A DNA stretch of 28,517 nucleotides from Candidatus Phoenicimicrobium oleiphilum (GCA_039638295.1 JBDIWJ010000017.1:1-28517), one strand, 5' to 3'. Positions 1 to 9,494 are shown, numbered from the stretch's first letter. Numbers and translations are program-made. Notes: generated from the letters alone by a model not told the origin.

Positions 1-108
1 GAAAAGGTCTTAAGCGAAGGGAAAGTCAGGTCTCGTGATTTAGGAGGGAATTCTTCTACTGTTGAGGTAGGAGATGAGGTAGTTAAAAAGCTCGGAGAGT
101 TAGGATAA
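1..108 (+). CDS. 3' end of isocitrate/isopropylmalate/tartrate dehydrogenase-family gene (partial)
   Basis: Frame 1 reads EKVLSEGKVRSRDLGGNSSTVEVGDEVVKKLGELG*. This matches the typical C-terminal (T/S)xDLGGxxST motif of beta-decarboxylating dehydrogenases. Confidence 0.85.
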   Translation, partial: EKVLSEGKVRSRDLGGNSSTVEVGDEVVKKLGELG

Positions 109-156
109 TAAAAATATTAGTTATTTTAAATAAATTAAGAATAGGATGAGAAAAAC

Positions 157-1026
157 ATGAACCAAAGAAGAGTATTTAATGAACTTTTAAAAAGACCGCA
201 AGCATTAGTTTTACCCGGTGCTTATGATGCTTTAAGTGCAAAAATTATGGAAAAGGTAGGTTTCGAAGCAATATTTACTACTGGATACGGTATTACAGCT
301 AGCTTACTGGCTAAACCTGATTGGGGATTATTAACTTTCAGTGAAATGTTAGATAGAGCTCGGCAAATAACTTCTGCGGTGGATATACCTGTTTTTGGTG
401 ATGCAGATACAGGATATGGTAATCCTTTAAATGTAATAAGAACAGTTCGAGAATTTGAAAAAGCCGGTTTAGTTGGTATATTTATTGAAGACCAAGAATG
501 GCCTAAAAGATGTGGACATATGGAAGGAAAAAAGGTAATTTCCAAAGAAGAGATGGTTCAAAAGATAAAAGCAGCTGTAGATGTTAGAGTTGATCCCGAT
601 TTTAAAATTATGGCCAGATTAGATGATCGGGCAATATATGGTTTAGAGGAGGCTATAGAAAAAGGCAAGGCTTGCGTTGAAGCAGGCGCAGATATGATCT
701 TTATAGAAGCTCCTCAGACAGTTGAGGAATTGAAAGAAATTCCCAAACATTTTGACGTACCGTTGATGGCAAATATGATCGAAAAAGGGAAAACTCCCTA
801 TTTAACAGTGAAAGAATTGGAGAGTATGGGTTATAAAATTGTAACTTATCCTTTGACTGCTTTATATGCCTCTACTAAAGCAATTTTTAAGGTAATGAAA
901 GAATTAAAAGAAAAGGGAAATGCAGCTGGGGTATTAGATCAATTAATTGCTTTCAACCAATTTAATGAATTAGTTGGATTAAAGGAGATGCAAGAGCTTC
1001 AAAATAAATATGCAATAAATAGATAA
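157..1026 (+). CDS. Isocitrate lyase/PEP mutase family C-C lyase (methylisocitrate/2,3-dimethylmalate lyase-like)
   Basis: Motifs PGAYDALSA, DADTGYG, IEDQxxPKRCGH and GADMIFIEA; RBS-like AGGA upstream. Confidence 0.93.
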   Translation: MNQRRVFNELLKRPQALVLPGAYDALSAKIMEKVGFEAIFTTGYGITASLLAKPDWGLLTFSEMLDRARQITSAVDIPVFGDADTGYGNPLNVIRTVREFEKAGLVGIFIEDQEWPKRCGHMEGKKVISKEEMVQKIKAAVDVRVDPDFKIMARLDDRAIYGLEEAIEKGKACVEAGADMIFIEAPQTVEELKEIPKHFDVPLMANMIEKGKTPYLTVKELESMGYKIVTYPLTALYASTKAIFKVMKELKEKGNAAGVLDQLIAFNQFNELVGLKEMQELQNKYAINR

Positions 1027-1108
1027 AGAAGATTTAAGAGGACACAAAAGGTTTGCTAATAAAATCTTCTTTATTTACCAGAATAATAAGAAGAAAGGAG
1101 GTGATTAA

Positions 1109-2116
1109 ATGAATATTAGTTTGCTAAATAAAAAATCTAGTATTTTTGTAATTCTAATACTTACATTGGTTATAGTATTTAGTGTAAATATTTCTGCCAA
1201 AACGGTAATCAGGCTTTCTAATCAATTGCCACCTTCCCATCATATATCTAAATCACTTGAACTATTTGCCAGCAAGGTAGATGAATATTCTCAGGGAAAG
1301 ATTGAGATAAAGGTATTTCCTTCTGCTCAACTATTCAAAGACACTGAAATAGTAGAAGCTATCCAAGATGGTAATATTGAATTAGGCCTGGTTCCAGTAA
1401 ATAAATGGTCTGGTATGATCCCTGCGGCTGAAATATTTGAAATGCCTTTTATTTTTTCTGAGTTATCTTCTATTGAAAAGGCTATAAATGCTGGAGTTGG
1501 TGAATTATTAGATAAAGCTTTTCAGGAAAAGGGAGCGAAAGTGGTCTTTTGGGTAGATTATGGATTTGTGCAATTCTTTAATAGTAAAAGACCTCTGAAG
1601 AAACCTGAAGATTTTAATGGTTTAAAGATTAGGACTTTTAGTAATGCTACTGCTGAAACAGTAAAAGCTTTAGGAGGAACTCCAGTAGTAATGAGTTCTT
1701 CAGAAATGTATATGGCTTTACAAAGAGGGACAGTAGATGGAGCAACTACAGGAATGCCAGCAGCAGTTTCTCGTAAAATTTATGAAGTCCAAAAATTTTT
1801 AACTATATGCAACTATTCTACAGCACAATTTGTGGTTCAGGCTAATTTAGATTGGTGGAATGATCAGCCTGAGAAAACGAAGCAGATTTTGATTAAAGCA
1901 GGAAAAGATGCAGAAAAATGGCTACGCGGAGAAATAATGAATTCTGAAAGAGAAGCTCAAAAAGTAATTGAAGAAGCAGGTTTAGAGGTTTACACACTTT
2001 CACCCCAAGAACGAGAAGCTTTTATTAAGTTAACTGAACCAGTAAGAAAAAATTATGCTGAAAAGACTGGAGAATTAGGGGAAAAATTACTGGAGATTGC
2101 TTTCAGTGTACAATAA
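1109..2116 (+). CDS. dctP: TRAP transporter substrate-binding protein
   Basis: Signal peptide; FPSAQL, GLKIR and ALQRGTVDG motifs; RBS AAGGAGGTG. Confidence 0.95.
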   Translation: MNISLLNKKSSIFVILILTLVIVFSVNISAKTVIRLSNQLPPSHHISKSLELFASKVDEYSQGKIEIKVFPSAQLFKDTEIVEAIQDGNIELGLVPVNKWSGMIPAAEIFEMPFIFSELSSIEKAINAGVGELLDKAFQEKGAKVVFWVDYGFVQFFNSKRPLKKPEDFNGLKIRTFSNATAETVKALGGTPVVMSSSEMYMALQRGTVDGATTGMPAAVSRKIYEVQKFLTICNYSTAQFVVQANLDWWNDQPEKTKQILIKAGKDAEKWLRGEIMNSEREAQKVIEEAGLEVYTLSPQEREAFIKLTEPVRKNYAEKTGELGEKLLEIAFSVQ

Positions 2117-2122
2117 AAATCT

Positions 2123-2161
2123 AATAAAGGGGAAAGGCTATTTAGTCCTTTCCCCTTTATT
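2123..2161 (+). terminator. Stem-loop between dctP and dctQ (mRNA-stabilising hairpin or partial terminator)
   Basis: AATAAAGGGGAAAGG...CCTTTCCCCTTTATT inverted repeat directly after the dctP stop. Confidence 0.7.
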
Positions 2162-2180
2162 TATTAAAAAGAGGAGATTT

Positions 2181-2684
2181 ATGTTTAAAGAATTTAATAA
2201 CAGGGTTAGTAAAACAATTTGTTTTTTTGGTTATTTAAGTGGATTAGGTATTTTTATAATGGGGATATTGATTCTTTTTGAAGTTATTTCAAGATATGTT
2301 TTTAAATCTCCCACTGTATGGAGCCAAGAAATATCTATCTATCTTTTTATTTGGAGTATGTTTGCAGGAGCAGCTTACACCCTACAAAAAGGGAAACATG
2401 TTCATATAGATCTATTTATAAATAAATTATCAAAACATGTACAAAGTAGACTTAGATTAATTACCAGTATAATGGCCCTTTGGTATACAATTATTGTTTG
2501 CAAACAGGGTTATAAAATGGTAGTAACTTCTATAAAATATCATAAACTTTCACCCACTCCTCTTCATATGCCTATGGTGGTACCTAAATTTGCTTTATTG
2601 TTGGGGTTTATATTTTTGATGCTACAATTTATAGTAATTATTGTCGATGAATGCAATTTTATCTTAAACAGCAAAAAAGTTTAA
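2181..2684 (+). CDS. dctQ: TRAP transporter small permease
   Basis: Four TM segments; RYVFKSPTVWSQE and HVHIDL motifs. Start moved to ATG 2181 behind GAGGAG. Confidence 0.93.
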   Translation: MFKEFNNRVSKTICFFGYLSGLGIFIMGILILFEVISRYVFKSPTVWSQEISIYLFIWSMFAGAAYTLQKGKHVHIDLFINKLSKHVQSRLRLITSIMALWYTIIVCKQGYKMVVTSIKYHKLSPTPLHMPMVVPKFALLLGFIFLMLQFIVIIVDECNFILNSKKV

Positions 2685-2703
2685 GGGGGGAGGATAGATA
2701 AAG

Positions 2704-3987
2704 GTGTTAAATTTTATTATAGTTATAGGCCTGTTATTAGTTACCCTGTTTTTAGGATTGCCAGTAGCTTTTTCTCTTGGAGTTACTGCAACATTTTTAA
2801 TTTTTGTTTTTGATCTACCCATAAATATTATTGGCCAGGTTATTTATTCTTCTTTAGATAGTTTTGTATTACTTTCTATTCCACTATTTGTAATGATGAG
2901 TCAAATACTATTGGAGGGAAAAGTTGGAGATGATCTTTTTAATGTCATGAATGTTTGGGTAAGGCATTTACCTGGTGGATTAGCTGTTGCAACAATTTTA
3001 AGCTGTGCATTTTTCGCTGCCATTACGGGTTCAAGTGCAGCAACTGCAGCTACCATAGGAATGGTAGCTATTCCCGCCTTAATAGAAAGAGGCTACGAGA
3101 GGAGATTTACTTTAGGGCTTTTAGCAGCGGGAGGGACTTTGGGAATTCTTATTCCACCTAGTATACCAATGATTCTTTATGGAGCTATTACTGAAGAATC
3201 AGTAGGAAAACTTTTTATCGCTGGTATTATTCCCGGCATTATCTTAACTTTAATTTTTATTATTTATGCTGTTTATAAGAGCAGTAAAGGAGGAGCTTAT
3301 AATGTGGTAGAAGCTGCTTCATGGAACGAAAGATGGGAAATTACTTCAAAAAATATATGGGGTATAATTTTACCTTTTATAATAATTGGAGGTATTTATA
3401 CTGGAATATTTACTCCTACTGAAGCTGCGGGAGTAGGATTAGGTTATAGTCTATTTATATGTTTATTTATTTATAAAACCTTGAAATTAAAAGATTTCAA
3501 AAAAATATTTCTAAAATCTGTTGAAACATCTTGTATGATAGCCTTAATTATAGCTGGGGCCATACTTTTTGGTCAGGTAATGACCTATTTAGAAATTCCA
3601 CAAACTTTGACCAGTTTAGTAATAGAAAAAAATTTTTCTCCTCTAATGTTCGTTATTGCCATGAATATATTAATGCTATTATTGGGTTGTATTTTAGAAA
3701 CTGTATCAATTATTTTATTAACTATGCCTTTAATAATTTCTATTTTACATGTTTTGCATATCGATCCTATCTGGTATGCAGTAATATTAGTAATTAATAT
3801 GGAAATGGCTTTAATTACTCCTCCAGTAGGAATTAATTTGTACGTTATTAACGGCGTTGATTCAGAGAGTAATATGGCAGATATTATTAAAGGTGTTTGG
3901 CCATTTATGTTATTAATAGTATTGATGATAGTATTGATAATCGCCTTTCCTCCTTTGTGCACCTGGCTACCTTCGATAATGAAATAA
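2704..3987 (+). CDS. dctM: TRAP transporter large permease
   Basis: GTLGILIPPS, GIFTPTEAA and LITPPVGINL motifs; GTG start after GGAGG. Confidence 0.96.
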   Translation: MLNFIIVIGLLLVTLFLGLPVAFSLGVTATFLIFVFDLPINIIGQVIYSSLDSFVLLSIPLFVMMSQILLEGKVGDDLFNVMNVWVRHLPGGLAVATILSCAFFAAITGSSAATAATIGMVAIPALIERGYERRFTLGLLAAGGTLGILIPPSIPMILYGAITEESVGKLFIAGIIPGIILTLIFIIYAVYKSSKGGAYNVVEAASWNERWEITSKNIWGIILPFIIIGGIYTGIFTPTEAAGVGLGYSLFICLFIYKTLKLKDFKKIFLKSVETSCMIALIIAGAILFGQVMTYLEIPQTLTSLVIEKNFSPLMFVIAMNILMLLLGCILETVSIILLTMPLIISILHVLHIDPIWYAVILVINMEMALITPPVGINLYVINGVDSESNMADIIKGVWPFMLLIVLMIVLIIAFPPLCTWLPSIMK

Positions 3988-4010
3988 AAGATGTAAAAAT
4001 TTTATTGTTT

Positions 4011-4058
4011 AAAAGGATGGGAGTTAGTAAAAAAATGTAAACTAACTCCCATCCTTTT
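4011..4058 (+). terminator. Rho-independent terminator of the TRAP operon
   Basis: 18-bp perfect stem AAAAGGATGGGAGTTAGT / ACTAACTCCCATCCTTTT followed by a T-rich tract. Confidence 0.88.
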
Positions 4059-4224
4059 ATTTTTTATATTTATAGGTATAATTAATTATGTTTTTTGATC
4101 GTTTTAGAATATTTGTTGAAGTTACTTGAATTTGTTAATAATTTAAGGAAGTGATAAATATTTAATCAGAAGATTGACAATTTATTTTTGAAATTTTTGT
4201 TAATTTATGATATCGTTTAGATAG

Positions 4225-4238
4225 TTAGGAATACCTAA
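4225..4238. promoter_or_regulatory. Candidate DtxR/SirR-type operator
   Basis: TTAGG-AATA-CCTAA palindrome about 65 bp upstream of a DtxR-family gene. It resembles the TTAGG..CCTAA boxes of DtxR/IdeR/SirR regulators. Confidence 0.65.
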
Positions 4239-4303
4239 TAAAAGTAGGGATATATTCAAATTCAAAATAATAGATAGTTTTAAGCAAGAGGAGAGAAAAT
4301 TAA

Positions 4304-4753
4304 ATGACTACTCGAAATGTGGAAGATTATTTAGAAGTAATATGGGATTTGCAGGATGAAAAAGGATATATTAAAGCAAAAGATATTGCCTATAAATTAG
4401 AAGTAACTCGTCCTAGCGTATCTGAAATGATTAGAAAATTGTCGGAAAATGGATATATAGTATATGAAAAATATGGGGGGATTATATTCACTGGGAAAGG
4501 CAAAAAATTGGCTCAGGAGATCAAAAAACGGCATACTTTGCTAGTTGAATTTTTAAAAATTATCGGAGTTGATGAACAAAATGCCCAACAGGATGCTTGC
4601 AAATTAGAGCATGATATTTCACCAAAAACTATAAATTGCCTACTTGAATTTGTAGAATTTATTAATTTACTTCCTGAAAGCTTTAAATGGAGAGAAAATT
4701 TTAAAAAATATTTAGAAGAGAGGGGTTTATTACATAAAGAGAGAAAAAAATAA
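4304..4753 (+). CDS. DtxR/MntR-family metal-dependent transcriptional regulator
   Basis: EDYLEVI, HTH (RPSVSEMIRKL), RHTLLVEFL and ACKLEH metal-site motifs; no C-terminal FeoA/SH3 domain. Confidence 0.95.
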   Translation: MTTRNVEDYLEVIWDLQDEKGYIKAKDIAYKLEVTRPSVSEMIRKLSENGYIVYEKYGGIIFTGKGKKLAQEIKKRHTLLVEFLKIIGVDEQNAQQDACKLEHDISPKTINCLLEFVEFINLLPESFKWRENFKKYLEERGLLHKERKK

Positions 4754-4795
4754 AAAATTGTAAACTAAAATATTGAAAGAGAAAGGGCAAAATAT

Positions 4796-5029
4796 ATGAA
4801 CATTACTCTTGATTTAATTAAAGAAGGCCAAAAAGTAAAGGTGATTGATATTTACGGAGGATGGGGGATAAGACAACGCTTAGGTTGTTTAGGTATTCAT
4901 CCCGGAGATATGATAACTGTGAAAAAGAGTGCTATTATGCGTGGACCTATTTTAATAAGTATCCATGGGAACCAGGTCGCTTTGGGCAGAGGGGTAGCCA
5001 GAAAGGTATTAGTGGAGGTAGCAGGATGA
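4796..5029 (+). CDS. feoA: Ferrous iron transport protein A
   Basis: RLGCLGIHPG...GPI...VALGRGVA SH3-like FeoA pattern; directly upstream of feoB. Confidence 0.93.
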   Translation: MNITLDLIKEGQKVKVIDIYGGWGIRQRLGCLGIHPGDMITVKKSAIMRGPILISIHGNQVALGRGVARKVLVEVAG

Positions 5030-6936
5030 GAATAGCACTTATGGGGCAACCTAATTCAGGTAAGAGCACTATCTTTAATCATGTTGCTGGATATAAAGCG
5101 GTAACTTCTAATTTTCCTGGAAAGACAGTAGAATATACTCTAACAAAATTTAATCTTTTTGGGCAAACTGTCGAATTAGTAGATTTGCCAGGGACTTATT
5201 CTTTAACCTCGTTTGACCTGGCTGAACTTGAAGCCAGAAAATATTTATTAAAAGGTAATGTTGATGTAATTATAAATGTAATGGATGCATCTTTACTCAG
5301 TAGAAGTTTAGAACTTACTCTCCAACTTTTAGAACTTAAATTACCAATGGTGATATGTCTTAATATGATTGATGAGGCTGAGCGTAAAGGTATTAAAATT
5401 GATATTGAAAAATTATCTAAAATTCTTGGTGTTCCAGTTGTGCCAGCAATTGCCTTAAAGGGAAAAGGAGTGAAAGAGCTTTTTTCTGTAGCTTACAAAA
5501 CAGGAGAAGAAAAAAGAATAGGTAAAACTTTGAATTTTAGTAAAAATGTTGAAGAAGTTATAGAACAGTTATCTACACAGATAAAAAAGAAAGAGATTGC
5601 CCAAGAATTCAATGTTCCTATACGGTTTTTAGCTCTTAAGTATTTAGAAAATGATAGTTATTTCATAAAAAATTTCAAAAATACAGAGAAAAATATTTTT
5701 AACAAAATTAATTATTTTCAGAATTTGCTCAGAGAAGTTCACGGTAGACCACCGGATGTAGTCATTTCCTCTGAACGGCATCATCTCTCTATGAATATAT
5801 ATGAATCTATAGTTTCACTTACTAGACCTCATACCAGCCTGATAGACTATTTAGATAATATTTTAATGCATCCGATTTTTGGATATGTTTTTTTAGCCTT
5901 TATTCTTTATTTGTTTTTTAATTTAGTATTTACCGTTGGAAAAATGGTTGAAGAACATTTATTGGATTATTTTTATAGAATAATACCCTTAATAGAAAGA
6001 AGCATTGATTCAGAAACCTTATTATTTTCTGTGATTAGTGGTATTATCCAGGGACTGGCAGGTGGAATAGCTATTGTCTTACCTTATTTATTCCCCTTTT
6101 TATTTGGTTTAGCTATTTTAGAAGACTTGGGTTATCTGCCTCGTATAGCCTTTCTCTTAGACGTGTTTTTACATAAAATTGGTTTGCACGGTAAGGCAAT
6201 TATCCCTTTTATGTTAGGTTATGGCTGTACAGTGCCAGCTATAATGGCTACTCGAATTTTAGAGTCAGAAAGAGATCGTTTTATTACCTCAGTACTGGCT
6301 ACTATGATTCCTTGTGCTGCAAGGATGACAATTATATTTGCTTTAGTAGCTTTTTACATTAACCCCCAAGCTGCTTTGGCTATTTATATTTTAAATATTA
6401 TTGTAGTTATAATATCAGGAAAGATACTATCCCGCTTACTGCCAGAGGTAACTCCGGGAATGATCTTAGAAATTCCCACCTATCATATTCCCTCTTTAAA
6501 AGTAGTTTTAGCCAAGACCTGGCTCAGGATGAAGGAATTTATCTTTGTAGCTTGGCCCTTACTTATTGCTGGAAGTACAATTTTAAGCTTGTTACAGTAC
6601 TATAAAGCGGATACGTTTATAAATAACTTTTTTTCTCCTCTAACAACCCTACTCGGTCTTCCTTTGTTAGTTGGAACAACTTTGATATTTGGTATTCTTC
6701 GCAAAGAACTTTCTATGTTAATGTTGATCCAGGCTATTGGAACATCCAATATCGCTACAGTAATGTCTGTTACTCAAATTATGACTTTTACTATTTTTAT
6801 TATTTTTTATATACCCTGTGTGGCTACTATTGCTGTTTTATGGCGGGAGATAGGAACAAAGCGGACTTTATTTACAATATCTTTTACTTTTGTTATAGCC
6901 ATTGTTTTAGCTACTATTACCAGATTTATATATTAA
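5026..6936 (+). CDS. feoB: Ferrous iron transport protein B
   Basis: G1 GQPNSGKS, NFPGKTVE, DLPGTYSL, NMID, and gate motifs GYGCTVPA and PCAAR. True start is ATG 5026 (ATGA overlap with feoA stop, GGAGG RBS), not 4861. Confidence 0.96.
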   Translation: MRIALMGQPNSGKSTIFNHVAGYKAVTSNFPGKTVEYTLTKFNLFGQTVELVDLPGTYSLTSFDLAELEARKYLLKGNVDVIINVMDASLLSRSLELTLQLLELKLPMVICLNMIDEAERKGIKIDIEKLSKILGVPVVPAIALKGKGVKELFSVAYKTGEEKRIGKTLNFSKNVEEVIEQLSTQIKKKEIAQEFNVPIRFLALKYLENDSYFIKNFKNTEKNIFNKINYFQNLLREVHGRPPDVVISSERHHLSMNIYESIVSLTRPHTSLIDYLDNILMHPIFGYVFLAFILYLFFNLVFTVGKMVEEHLLDYFYRIIPLIERSIDSETLLFSVISGIIQGLAGGIAIVLPYLFPFLFGLAILEDLGYLPRIAFLLDVFLHKIGLHGKAIIPFMLGYGCTVPAIMATRILESERDRFITSVLATMIPCAARMTIIFALVAFYINPQAALAIYILNIIVVIISGKILSRLLPEVTPGMILEIPTYHIPSLKVVLAKTWLRMKEFIFVAWPLLIAGSTILSLLQYYKADTFINNFFSPLTTLLGLPLLVGTTLIFGILRKELSMLMLIQAIGTSNIATVMSVTQIMTFTIFIIFYIPCVATIAVLWREIGTKRTLFTISFTFVIAIVLATITRFIY

Positions 6937-6941
6937 GAAAT

Positions 6942-6971
6942 AGTATCAAGTATCAAGCATTAAGTATATAG
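6942..6971. repeat. Degenerate heptamer tandem repeat
   Basis: AGTATCA AGTATCA AGCATTA AGTATAT AG. Confidence 0.6.
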
Positions 6972-7028
6972 CGAAAAGAGAATCCAGAAGTCTAATTAGT
7001 ATATAGTTATCGTGAAGAAAATATCGAG

Positions 7029-7052
7029 GTAGGGGCAAGATGCATCGTGCCC
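7029..7052 (+). repeat. GTAG-type REP palindrome (single copy)
   Basis: GTAG-GGGCAAGATGCATCGTGCCC; homologous to copies at 9566, 9618, 12473, 16299 and 27893. Confidence 0.85.
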
Positions 7053-7150
7053 ATAGGAAAGAGAAGCTAAATTCATATCGCACGAAACGTAACTCTCATT
7101 TTAGTGTAAAACGTACAGAATATTAGTTACCCGGTTAGCCAGTTTACCAG

Positions 7151-7841
7151 TTAGCCTGTTCTTTAAGTGAAAAGGATTTTAAAGTGGGAATATTAGATGC
7201 TGACCTACACGGGCCATCGGTGGCTACAATGTTAGGATTTGATGGAAAGATATTGCAGGGAAGTTCGGAAGGAATAATTCCTATGAGCGTTTCTTCTAAT
7301 TTGGTAGCTGTTTCTATGGCTTCTTTGATTGAAACTTCTGATGCTCCTCTTATTTGGAGAGGACCTTTAAAGATGATGGCTTTAAAACAGTTTTTAGGAG
7401 AAGTGGAATGGGGTAGTTTAGATTTTCTAATAATTGATTCTCCCCCCCGGAACAGGGGATGAGCCCTTATCAATTTGCCAACTTATTCCGGAATTAGAGG
7501 GAGGAATTATTGTTACTACCCCACAGGGAGTTGCTCTGTTAGATTCTCGGAAATATGTAAATTTTTTGAAAAATCTTAACATTCCGATTTTAGGTATTAT
7601 AGAGAATATGAGTGGACTAAAGTGTCCTTATTGTGGGAAAAATATTGATTTGTTTAAATCAGGGGGAGGGGAAAAAGCAGCTTTAGAATTTGATTTACCA
7701 TTCTTAGGTAAGATTCTCATCGATATAAATATGGTAAACTCTACAGATGAAGGGAAACCCTATATCTCTCAATATAAAAATTCAGAGACCGCCCAGGTTT
7801 TTAGTAAAATAGTAGAATTAATTCTCGCTAAAATGAAGTAG
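7151..7841 (+). pseudogene. mrp: Mrp/ApbC/NBP35 Fe-S carrier ATPase, 5'-truncated and frameshifted
   Basis: Reads LACSLSEKDFKVGILDADLHGPS...WRGP...IDSPP, then shifts frame to GTGDEPL...VTTPQ...IIENMS..CPYC. There is one extra C in the C7 run at 7442-7448. The Walker A (GKGGVGKS) and start codon are absent; in-frame TAG at 7136. Confidence 0.9.
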
Positions 7842-7928
7842 TAAAATTATTTGACATTGTCATAGCATATTATATCAATTATGCAGCACCACGACGCTGC
7901 CCTGGTAAATAAAAACGGGGTGTAGATA

Positions 7929-8627
7929 ATGAAAATTACTATTATTTATGATAACAAAATAGCAAAAGATATTAAAGGTTTAAAACCAGGATGGGGTTTT
8001 TCCTGCTTTATTCAAACTAAAGAGAGAAATATTCTATTTGATACGGGTTGGGATGGCGATATACTTATTTCTAATATGAAGTTATTAGGTATAAATCCTA
8101 AAGATATAGATTTAGTAGTCATCTCGCATAGTCATTGGGATCATTGTGGTAGTATTGCTCGATTATTACATTTAAATAATAAGTTAGCGGTTTATGTTCC
8201 AAAATCTTTTTCTAAACATTTAAAGGGAGAGATTAAAAAGAAAGCAAATACTTTTTATGAAGTCCAGGAATTAACAGAGATTTACCCGGGAATTTATACT
8301 ACTGGTGAAATTGAAGGATCCATTATTTCAAGTAAAACAAAAACATTAATTAAAGAGCAATCAGTAATTATTTCAACCGCTAAAGGTCTTATAGTTATAA
8401 CCGGTTGTGCCCATTTAGGGATAAAGAAGATATTAAACTCAGCAAATGAATTAGGCAAGATTTATGGTTTGCTGGGAGGATTTCATGATTTTGAGGAATA
8501 TAATTTGTTAAAGGATATATCTTTAATTGTACCTACTCATTGTACTGTAAATAAAAAAAAGATAATGAGTTTATTTCCCAATAATTGTCTGAAAGGTGGA
8601 GTTGGTTTTCAACTTGTGGTAGGGTAG
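7929..8627 (+). CDS. MBL-fold metallo-hydrolase (COG1237-like)
   Basis: GWGFS, ILFDTG, SHSHWDHCG, TGCAH, GGFH and PTHCT motifs. Confidence 0.92.
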   Translation: MKITIIYDNKIAKDIKGLKPGWGFSCFIQTKERNILFDTGWDGDILISNMKLLGINPKDIDLVVISHSHWDHCGSIARLLHLNNKLAVYVPKSFSKHLKGEIKKKANTFYEVQELTEIYPGIYTTGEIEGSIISSKTKTLIKEQSVIISTAKGLIVITGCAHLGIKKILNSANELGKIYGLLGGFHDFEEYNLLKDISLIVPTHCTVNKKKIMSLFPNNCLKGGVGFQLVVG

Positions 8628-8662
8628 GAGATATGGTTTTGACAGGCAGGTGAAAATAATTT

Positions 8663-9127
8663 TTGCCAATTAATAAAAGTTCAGTAGCTACTTATGTATT
8701 AGTAATAGAAATATCTAAAGATTTTGAAATCATTGTCGGTAAATTGGGGAAGGTATTTTTTAAAAAAGGAAATTATATTTATATTGGTTCAGCTAAAGCT
8801 TGCTTAGAGGCCAGGCTGAGAAGGCACTTAAAGAAAGATAAGAAGAGTTTTTGGCATATAGATTATCTTTTAAAAAGTAAAAAGACTAAAATTCTACAGA
8901 TTTGGATTATTGATAAAAAAATGGAATGCCAAACTGCGGAAGTATTTTGCCAGGATCCAACTACCGAAATAATTAAAAAAGGCTTTGGCTCTTCAGATTG
9001 TAAGTGCGTGAGTCACCTTTTTTATATAAAAAATAAAGAACTTTTAAAAAATATTTTAAAAGAAATGGGCTTTTCTATTTACTATTCTTTTTCAAAATTT
9101 AGGATTGATAATCTTCTTGGGAAATAA
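8663..9127 (+). CDS. DUF123 / GIY-YIG (Uri superfamily) endonuclease
   Basis: YIYIGSA, RLRRH, WHIDYL and GFGSSDCKCVSHLFY motifs; TTG start. Confidence 0.88.
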   Translation: MPINKSSVATYVLVIEISKDFEIIVGKLGKVFFKKGNYIYIGSAKACLEARLRRHLKKDKKSFWHIDYLLKSKKTKILQIWIIDKKMECQTAEVFCQDPTTEIIKKGFGSSDCKCVSHLFYIKNKELLKNILKEMGFSIYYSFSKFRIDNLLGK

Positions 9128-9401
9128 AATGACCTCCAGTAATTTCTTCCGATATCTTGCGGTAATTTCTATCAAAATCTAATTTTAAATTAATCCGATT
9201 GGGACAACTTGCCCCGATTAATTCTTTTCTTAATATATATGCAGGTCCTTCGTCTTTGTAGGTAGGGGTAAGATCATTATACTTTCTGATAAGAGTTTTA
9301 AATTTTTCTCCGCATTTATCACATTGGGTATAAATCCAAAGAATTTCAGAAGAGTCCTCTCCCTTTCTCCCAAATAATTTATCAAAAAGTCCAAAGCTCA
9401 T
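9099..9401 (-). CDS. Small hypothetical protein with CxxC (possible zinc ribbon)
   Basis: 100-aa ORF with AAGGAGG RBS on the minus strand; QCDKCGE plus a distal Cys. Confidence 0.8.
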   Translation of the reverse strand: MSFGLFDKLFGRKGEDSSEILWIYTQCDKCGEKFKTLIRKYNDLTPTYKDEGPAYILRKELIGASCPNRINLKLDFDRNYRKISEEITGGHFISQEDYQS

Positions 9402-9494
9402 TTTATACCTCCTTATTCATCAACATTTCATTTATTATAACATAGTCTAAATTTAAATAAAATTAGAAAATTTGTAAAATATTTTTCAAAAAAA

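Noticed and set aside
222..545. Antisense or alternative-frame ORFs inside real genes (also 2955-3161, 3531-3797, 3585-3962, 7144-7473, 10642-10938, 11545-11811, 13060-13299, 15723-15911, 18715-18930, 19907-20132, 23085-23276, 23772-24011, 24893-25165, 26510-27004, 27110-27373)
   Set aside because: They overlap well-supported CDSs and have no recognisable motif or RBS; shadow ORFs.
2097..2180. Longer dctQ start (and likewise 12503 for lipM and 21826 for the GT-A gene)
   Set aside because: The extensions run through hairpins, spacers or the RBS itself; better RBS-start pairs exist downstream.
4861..5025. N-terminal extension of the FeoB ORF
   Set aside because: It overlaps feoA out of frame; the G1 motif and RBS place the start at 5026.
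7442..7448. Phase-variable or programmed frameshift switch in mrp
   Set aside because: The gene also lacks its start and Walker A, so restoring the frame would not give a functional protein.
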